Positions 58,484 through 64,000 of a stretch of 64,000 bases of DNA are shown here, piece by piece; the stretch's first letter is position 1, and every line of letters begins with the position of its first letter. The notes under the pieces were generated by a model. The model ran no database searches, was not told where the DNA came from, and worked only from the letters and a program-made list of their open reading frames with translations. Made by a program: the position numbers and the translations under genes. This DNA comes from Methanobacteriota archaeon (GTDB lineage Archaea > Thermoplasmatota > Poseidoniia > Poseidoniales > Thalassarchaeaceae), in the NCBI GenBank assembly GCA_002730095.1, contig PBZE01000019.1:9071-73070 (forward strand). Reading direction: 5' to 3'.

Positions 58484-60742
58484 TTAGGATCTGAGCGAGA
58501 TTGAGATCTCAATCCATTTAGAGGTGGGGGTGTTACTGCCTTCCGCTGTACTCTCTAGAGGAACTAGAACATTTGCCTCTGGGAAGTATGAGCATAGATT
58601 ACCTCTAGGTATGTCATAGGGAACTACCTTCCACCTCTCTGAGCATATCTTCCTCTCTCCCCAATGACTTGTCAGATCTACTTCCTGACCTGCTGAAGCC
58701 CCGATATCTCTCATGTCATCTTTGTTCATCATGACTACTCTCCTAGCGTTGTAAATACCCCTGTACCTGTCATCCATACCATAGATCGTGGTATTGTACT
58801 GGTCGTGACTCCTAACTGTCATCAGAATGAACCTTCCATCTTCTAACGACCTTTCTGGGAGATCGTGACAGAAGAAATGGGCCTTTCCGGAAGAGGTGTT
58901 CCAACTTGGCCCATCCCTAGGACCATTTGGGAGGTAGAATCCACCTTTGGAACGCACCCTGGTGTTGTAGTCCTCAAATCCTGGTATGCATCTGGAGATC
59001 AGGTATCTGGTATTCTCATGGTCGTGATAAATATTCCAGTCAAGAGGCCCATCTGGATACAGCTTTTTCCCGATTCTGCAGATAATCTCGGGCTCTGAAA
59101 GCAGGCTCTTTGAGGCTGGTTCCAAGGACCCTCTGCTTGAGTGGACCAATCCCATAGAATTCTCCACGGTTACGAAACCAGCTGGATCTTTCTCGGTTCT
59201 CCCGAGACAGGGGAGGATGAGAGCTTCTTTGCCTGTTATCAAATGTGACCTGTTGAGTTTGGTCGATATTTGTACTGTCAGATCTATCTTGGAAATCGCC
59301 TCGGCAACTCTCTCTGTGTCTGACATTGCTGAAACTAAGTTTCCACCAAGGGCCATGAATGTCCTAACCTTTCCTTGTAATGCGGCCTGGATGAATTCAA
59401 CAACATCATACCCTCTTTTCCTGGGCATATTGATTCCAGTCTCTTTCTCGCAGGAATCAAGAAAACCCTCACTTGGGTGATGGTTAATTCCAACGGTTCT
59501 ATCACCTTGGACGTTGGAGTGCCCTCTGACGGGGCATGCTCCAGCTCCTGGCTTACCGAAGTGCCCTCCAGCGAGAAGGAGATTTGTTATCTCCTGGATT
59601 ATAGCTACGCTATTCTCATGCTGAGTAAGGCCCATTGCCCAACAAACGATCAGCCTCTCTGATTTGGCAATGGCCGTTCCAACATTCTCTATTCTCTTTC
59701 GAGAAACCCCCGACTGTATCAGAATATCATCCCAGCTCACAGAGTCTATGTGCCTCTCCCACTCTTCGAATCCCAAGGTATTTTTCGAAATGAAGTCCGA
59801 ATCTATCGCCCCCAGGGACAGCATTGTCTTAGCGAATCCCTGTAGCAGGGCGGCATCTCCACCGATTCTTACAGGTAGGTGTTCGTCCGCAATCTGGGCA
59901 CCTCTGCCAATTATGTGCAACGGCTTTTGGGGATGCTTGAATCTCTTCATTGCCGTCTCCTCAAGTGGATTGATACTAACGACAGAGCCCCCGTTCTCCT
60001 TGCATGCGGCTAGTGCGGTTAGCATCCTTGGATGGTTAGTTCCGGGATTCTGGCCTATTACCAATATCAGGTCCGCTTCTTCGAAGCAAGACAGCTTTAC
60101 TGTTCCCTTGCCTATCCCTATAGAACCAGATAGTGCGACACCACTAGACTCGTGACACATGTTGCTGCAATCGGGAAGATTGTTTGTACCGATCTGTCTA
60201 GCTAGAGTCCCCCAAAGGAATGCAGCCTCATTTGAGGCCCTTCCACTGGTGTAGAATACGTTATCATCTGGATTCTCGGACTTACTAATCGATGATGCGA
60301 TAATTTGGAATGCACTCTCCCAATCTATTTCTTCATAGTGTTCAGAACCATCTCTCAGGAACAATGGATTTGTGATCCTTCCCATCTTATCCAATTCCAT
60401 GTCAGTGAGTTTCGACAGCTCGTTAACAGAGAGTTCTCTGAGATCATCTGGAGTCACTCTCTTCCTAGTGGCCTCAGTAGCGAATGCCTTGGCGCCATTC
60501 TCACAGAACTCGAAACTGCTTCTGTGATCGTCTGGATCAGGCCAAGCACACCCTGGACAGTCATATCCGTCAAATCTATTCACAGTCAGCATCGACTGTA
60601 ATGTTCTTTTGATACCGGCTTCCTGTAAGCCAATGGAAAATGACTTCTGAACTCCCACAATCCCTGCTGCGGTATTCTTTGGCTTTCCGATTCGGAGCCT
60701 CTCCTCTTTTATCGGAGGTTGGGCACTAGGGTTACGGGGCAC
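58484..60742 (-). CDS. FdhF/YdeP-family molybdopterin oxidoreductase
   Basis: DCPGCAWPD, EFCENGAKA, FYTSGRASNEAA, NNLPDCSNMCHESSG, RGHSNVQG, RSHDQYNTTIYG and TPTSK. Confidence 0.93.
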   Translation of the reverse strand: MPRNPSAQPPIKEERLRIGKPKNTAAGIVGVQKSFSIGLQEAGIKRTLQSMLTVNRFDGYDCPGCAWPDPDDHRSSFEFCENGAKAFATEATRKRVTPDDLRELSVNELSKLTDMELDKMGRITNPLFLRDGSEHYEEIDWESAFQIIASSISKSENPDDNVFYTSGRASNEAAFLWGTLARQIGTNNLPDCSNMCHESSGVALSGSIGIGKGTVKLSCFEEADLILVIGQNPGTNHPRMLTALAACKENGGSVVSINPLEETAMKRFKHPQKPLHIIGRGAQIADEHLPVRIGGDAALLQGFAKTMLSLGAIDSDFISKNTLGFEEWERHIDSVSWDDILIQSGVSRKRIENVGTAIAKSERLIVCWAMGLTQHENSVAIIQEITNLLLAGGHFGKPGAGACPVRGHSNVQGDRTVGINHHPSEGFLDSCEKETGINMPRKRGYDVVEFIQAALQGKVRTFMALGGNLVSAMSDTERVAEAISKIDLTVQISTKLNRSHLITGKEALILPCLGRTEKDPAGFVTVENSMGLVHSSRGSLEPASKSLLSEPEIICRIGKKLYPDGPLDWNIYHDHENTRYLISRCIPGFEDYNTRVRSKGGFYLPNGPRDGPSWNTSSGKAHFFCHDLPERSLEDGRFILMTVRSHDQYNTTIYGMDDRYRGIYNARRVVMMNKDDMRDIGASAGQEVDLTSHWGERKICSERWKVVPYDIPRGNLCSYFPEANVLVPLESTAEGSNTPTSKWIEISISLRS

Positions 60743-60779
60743 GCTATCACGTTCCTGTGGTAGTTCAAATCGGTTGGCA

Positions 60780-61373
60780 TCATGCTGAGTTGGTATTCTT
60801 GATTTCCGTATCTTTTATCATGTTCCGTCTAATCAGGAGTAATGCGACCAAAGTAGCGAAAGAAATTGCCAAAATTGGGAATAATAACGCGATTATGGTC
60901 AAGGCAACACTGGCTATATTCTCACCGGTAGCTACCACGGGATTGGCGGTTCCAAGGGTGAGGGTAGAGCTGATTCCCCTTGCCGCGACTGTCGCTGTCT
61001 GAATTGTAGCTGACATTCCTCCACCAGCGATTATTGCTACTGCCCACTGAATTATTGGCTCACTCCCTTCGAGAGAAATTGCGGTCATTCCAACTCCGGA
61101 AATCACTGCTGCTGGTGTGGCAATGGTATCTAGGAGATTATCTATGAAGGGGACATAGTAAGCAGCAAATTCAGCAAGCATTGCTATTCCCAATAGGATG
61201 ATCGCTGGGGTGGAGGTGAAGAATTCGAACTGAGTCCCGATTAGTTCGATATCGACTATTCCTGATCTCACTGCAAGTGCCATTAGAAATGGAGGAAGGA
61301 AAACACGGAATCCAGAGGCTGCAGCTAGACTGACTCCCATGAATGCAGCGATAACCAGGGTGAAGCCTTCCAT
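60780..61373 (-). CDS. DUF4126 membrane protein
   Basis: LAAASGFRVFLP, EFAAYYVPFIDNLLD and GTANPVVAT.E. Confidence 0.85.
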   Translation of the reverse strand: MEGFTLVIAAFMGVSLAAASGFRVFLPPFLMALAVRSGIVDIELIGTQFEFFTSTPAIILLGIAMLAEFAAYYVPFIDNLLDTIATPAAVISGVGMTAISLEGSEPIIQWAVAIIAGGGMSATIQTATVAARGISSTLTLGTANPVVATGENIASVALTIIALLFPILAISFATLVALLLIRRNMIKDTEIKNTNSA

Positions 61374-61436
61374 GATGCTTCGATAAGGCCGACTCGTATT
61401 AATGCAGACCCGAAATTAGTTCCGAACACGGGTTTG

Positions 61437-61937
61437 CTAATCTCCCAACTCAACGAGTGTTGCACCCATATCGACTCTGTCTCCCTGATTGAAATTGATG
61501 GAAGTGACCTCTCCGGATTTTGGAGCTAGTATTCTGTGTTCCATCTTCATTGCTTCCATGGTCATCAGAGGTTGTCCTTCTCTGACTCTCTGTCCTTCTT
61601 TCACCATGACCTCTAGAATGGTCCCAGGCATAGGGGCAGAAAGTCCGCCCGCGGATCTATCCGAGGATTTGCTTCCCTTCTCTACCTCGTTGACGGTATA
61701 TACCTCGCCCTCCAAGTGAATCCACCATTTGTCCCCAATTTTTGCCACATGAGCAAATCTTGTTCCTCTATCGGTCTCCAGAATGATTCTGGAGTCGTCC
61801 CCTGCCTTAGAAATTCTAATCTCCGAAACATCATTTATGATTCCATTGATCGAAACTGAAGTGGTTGTAACCATCCCCTCTCTTTCAGTCAGATCTACTG
61901 AGAATTTTTCATCTGAATCAGGAATTTCCCACTCCAT
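61437..61937 (-). CDS. Biotin carboxyl carrier protein with partial BT domain
   Basis: APMPG and EAMKME biotinylation motif; AGGTGA SD before the ATG. Confidence 0.92.
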   Translation of the reverse strand: MEWEIPDSDEKFSVDLTEREGMVTTTSVSINGIINDVSEIRISKAGDDSRIILETDRGTRFAHVAKIGDKWWIHLEGEVYTVNEVEKGSKSSDRSAGGLSAPMPGTILEVMVKEGQRVREGQPLMTMEAMKMEHRILAPKSGEVTSINFNQGDRVDMGATLVELGD

Positions 61938-61946
61938 ATCAATCAC

Positions 61947-63500
61947 CTATGGGAATCTCCTCGACAGTGTCCTGAATGGGTCACCGGGATGGCCCGAATG
62001 ATCATCCAAATCCGTGTATGAAACCGAATTCATGGACCTATCTAGACCTAGCCTCTTAGCTGAAGCTGCAATAGAGACGAGGGTTTTCGGATCGGAGTAC
62101 TCTGGGTCGAATTCTGTAATTGGCGTACTATCCAAGAAGTCTGTTGTTATGCTTCCTGATTTGAAGGACTGATGCAACAGTGCGTTTCTCAGGAATCCTA
62201 TATTGGTAGTAACTCCAAGGGCGACGAAGGAGGATAGGGCATTGTCCATCCTTCTTATCGCAGATATCCTATCTGGTGCATGAACAATCAGTTTAGCCAA
62301 CATTGGATCGAAGTCGACTGTTACCTCGTCCCCTTCCCTGACTCCTGAGTCCACCCTGATGCCAGGTCCGGTTGGAGGCCTCCAGATTCCTAGATTACCA
62401 ATTGACGGTAGGAAACCGGACTTTGCATCCTCTGCATATATCCTAGCTTCAATGGAATGGCCGTTTATGCCGATTGAATCCTGAGAAATTCCAAGTTGCA
62501 TCCCTGAGGCGATCTCGAGTTGTTTTTGGACCAAGTCAATTCCAGTAATCATCTCTGTTACTGGATGCTCGACCTGCAGTCTTGTGTTCATCTCCAAGAA
62601 ATAATACTGCCCGTTTGGGGAGAGCAGCAACTCCACAGTTCCGGCTCCGACATAATCAACAGCCATTGCAGCTAGAACTGCTGATTCGCCCATAGATCTC
62701 CTAAGATCATCTGAAACAGCAGACGATGGTGCTTCTTCGATGACCTTCTGATGCCTCCTTTGTAGAGAGCAGTCCCTCTCATTGAGATGAATGCAGTTTC
62801 CATGTTTATCCGCTAGAACTTGAATCTCGATGTGTCTCGCTCCAGTGAGGAGCCTCTCGACATACACAGTCCCATCGCCGAATGCAGCGGATGCCTCCCT
62901 TGCTGCGGCTTCGTACTCTGTCCTGAGCATTTTTGGTTCGCGGACAACCCTCATTCCTTTCCCGCCCCCTCCAGCACTGGCTTTCAGGAGCAGGGGGTAG
63001 CCAACTCTGGCCGCCACGGAAGCCAATGCGCCCATGTGATCGCTCCCCTCTGGAATAGCTATTTCATCGCCTGGTATCACAGGCACTCCTGACTCTATCA
63101 TCCTAGATCTAGCTGATATTTTGTCACCCATTGTCTCTATGGCCTCTGGCGATGGGCCGATCCATACGATTCCTGCATTGACAACTGCTCGAGCAAAATC
63201 TGCTCTCTCTGAAAGGAATCCGTATCCGGGATGAATGGCCTGGGCGCCGGATGTTCTTGCAGCCTGTATGATAGCCTCAGAACTGAGATAGTTTTCTACT
63301 AAGGAATCACCGGGAAGATACACTGCTTCGTCTGCAATTTCTAAATGGAGCGCGTTTCTATCTGGATCTGAATATACTGCGATTGCTCTGAGACCTGCTT
63401 CCTGGACCGCTTTGATTATCCTAACTGCGATCTCCCCCCTGTTAGCAACAAGCACTGAGGAGAATGGTGTTGATGCTTCCTTCATCCACTCAGGAAACAT
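61947..63500 (-). CDS. Biotin carboxylase subunit (probably 3-methylcrotonyl-CoA carboxylase)
   Basis: ANRGEIA, HPGYGFLSE, GGGGKGMR, ERDCSLQRRHQK, EMNTRLQVEH and FDPMLAKL; next to a LiuC-like hydratase. Confidence 0.93.
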   Translation of the reverse strand: MFPEWMKEASTPFSSVLVANRGEIAVRIIKAVQEAGLRAIAVYSDPDRNALHLEIADEAVYLPGDSLVENYLSSEAIIQAARTSGAQAIHPGYGFLSERADFARAVVNAGIVWIGPSPEAIETMGDKISARSRMIESGVPVIPGDEIAIPEGSDHMGALASVAARVGYPLLLKASAGGGGKGMRVVREPKMLRTEYEAAAREASAAFGDGTVYVERLLTGARHIEIQVLADKHGNCIHLNERDCSLQRRHQKVIEEAPSSAVSDDLRRSMGESAVLAAMAVDYVGAGTVELLLSPNGQYYFLEMNTRLQVEHPVTEMITGIDLVQKQLEIASGMQLGISQDSIGINGHSIEARIYAEDAKSGFLPSIGNLGIWRPPTGPGIRVDSGVREGDEVTVDFDPMLAKLIVHAPDRISAIRRMDNALSSFVALGVTTNIGFLRNALLHQSFKSGSITTDFLDSTPITEFDPEYSDPKTLVSIAASAKRLGLDRSMNSVSYTDLDDHSGHPGDPFRTLSRRFP

Positions 63501-63516
63501 GACAAACACTCTCAAC

Positions 63517-64000
63517 TTATTTTGGGGACCATTCGGGAGGTCTTCTCTCCAAGAACGCAGAGAGTCCCTCTTGGCCTTCTTGCGACTCTCTCATTTCACT
63601 TGTCTTCTCAAGTGTCCAAATCCTTAATTCCTCATCAGTTCCAGTCCACATGTCAAACTGAAGTGCGAGTTTCTTCGATTCATATACAGCCATCGGACCT
63701 GTGGTCAGAACTGTATCAATCATATTTTTTGTAGTCTCGACAAAATGCTCCTTATCATCTACCAAATCATTGACCCATCCAATTCTCAACGCCTCCTCGG
63801 AGTCAACTCTACTTGCAAGCATGGAGAGTCTTCTGAATTGTGAGCTTCCTATTTTCCTGTAAACATACGGCCCAATAACAGCTGGAAGAATACCGAGTTT
63901 TCCCTCAGATAGAGCGATTCTGGTCCTTGGTTCCCCTATTACATGGTCGGCACATGAGACGAGTCCTGCCCCTCCTCCAAGAGCGACTCCCTGAACACAG
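63517..64000 (-). CDS. Enoyl-CoA hydratase, methylglutaconyl-CoA hydratase-like (5' part outside the window)
   Basis: Manual translation VQGVALGGGAGLVSCAD...LSEGKLGILPAVIGPYV...EGQEGLSAFLERRPPEW. Confidence 0.85.
   Translation of the reverse strand, partial: CVQGVALGGGAGLVSCADHVIGEPRTRIALSEGKLGILPAVIGPYVYRKIGSSQFRRLSMLASRVDSEEALRIGWVNDLVDDKEHFVETTKNMIDTVLTTGPMAVYESKKLALQFDMWTGTDEELRIWTLEKTSEMRESQEGQEGLSAFLERRPPEWSPK

Overview
Gene-dense archaeal chromosomal segment with about 53 CDS and one tRNA. The gene mix points to Thermoplasmatota, most likely Marine Group II (Ca. Poseidoniales); this is an inference. Archaeal markers are thermosome, CDC48/VAT, Hjc, MC1, Bud32, NcsA and Lhr. Bacterial-type genes include ThrRS, SerRS, DnaK, TrhO, YdeP and an Sdh1-type SDH, alongside many acidic secreted or membrane-anchored proteins and peptidases. 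I see no CRISPR array, integrase, transposase, rRNA or defence island; the window is mostly core genome. The main anomalies are: (1) a cysteine-free Mrp/NBP35 ATPase whose Fe-S-binding CxxC is replaced by an Ig-like insert; (2) a tRNA-Gly(GCC) with an A1-U72 pair; (3) an NcsA-TrhO-cupin tRNA U34-modification run; (4) a DUF4350-DUF58 module with no MoxR, downstream of CDC48; (5) a biotin carboxylase split in-frame at a TAG inside the BT domain; (6) a mycobacterial-type three-subunit SDH; and (7) a divergent macrodomain beside hjc and MC1. All product calls come from motif recognition by eye, not database searches.
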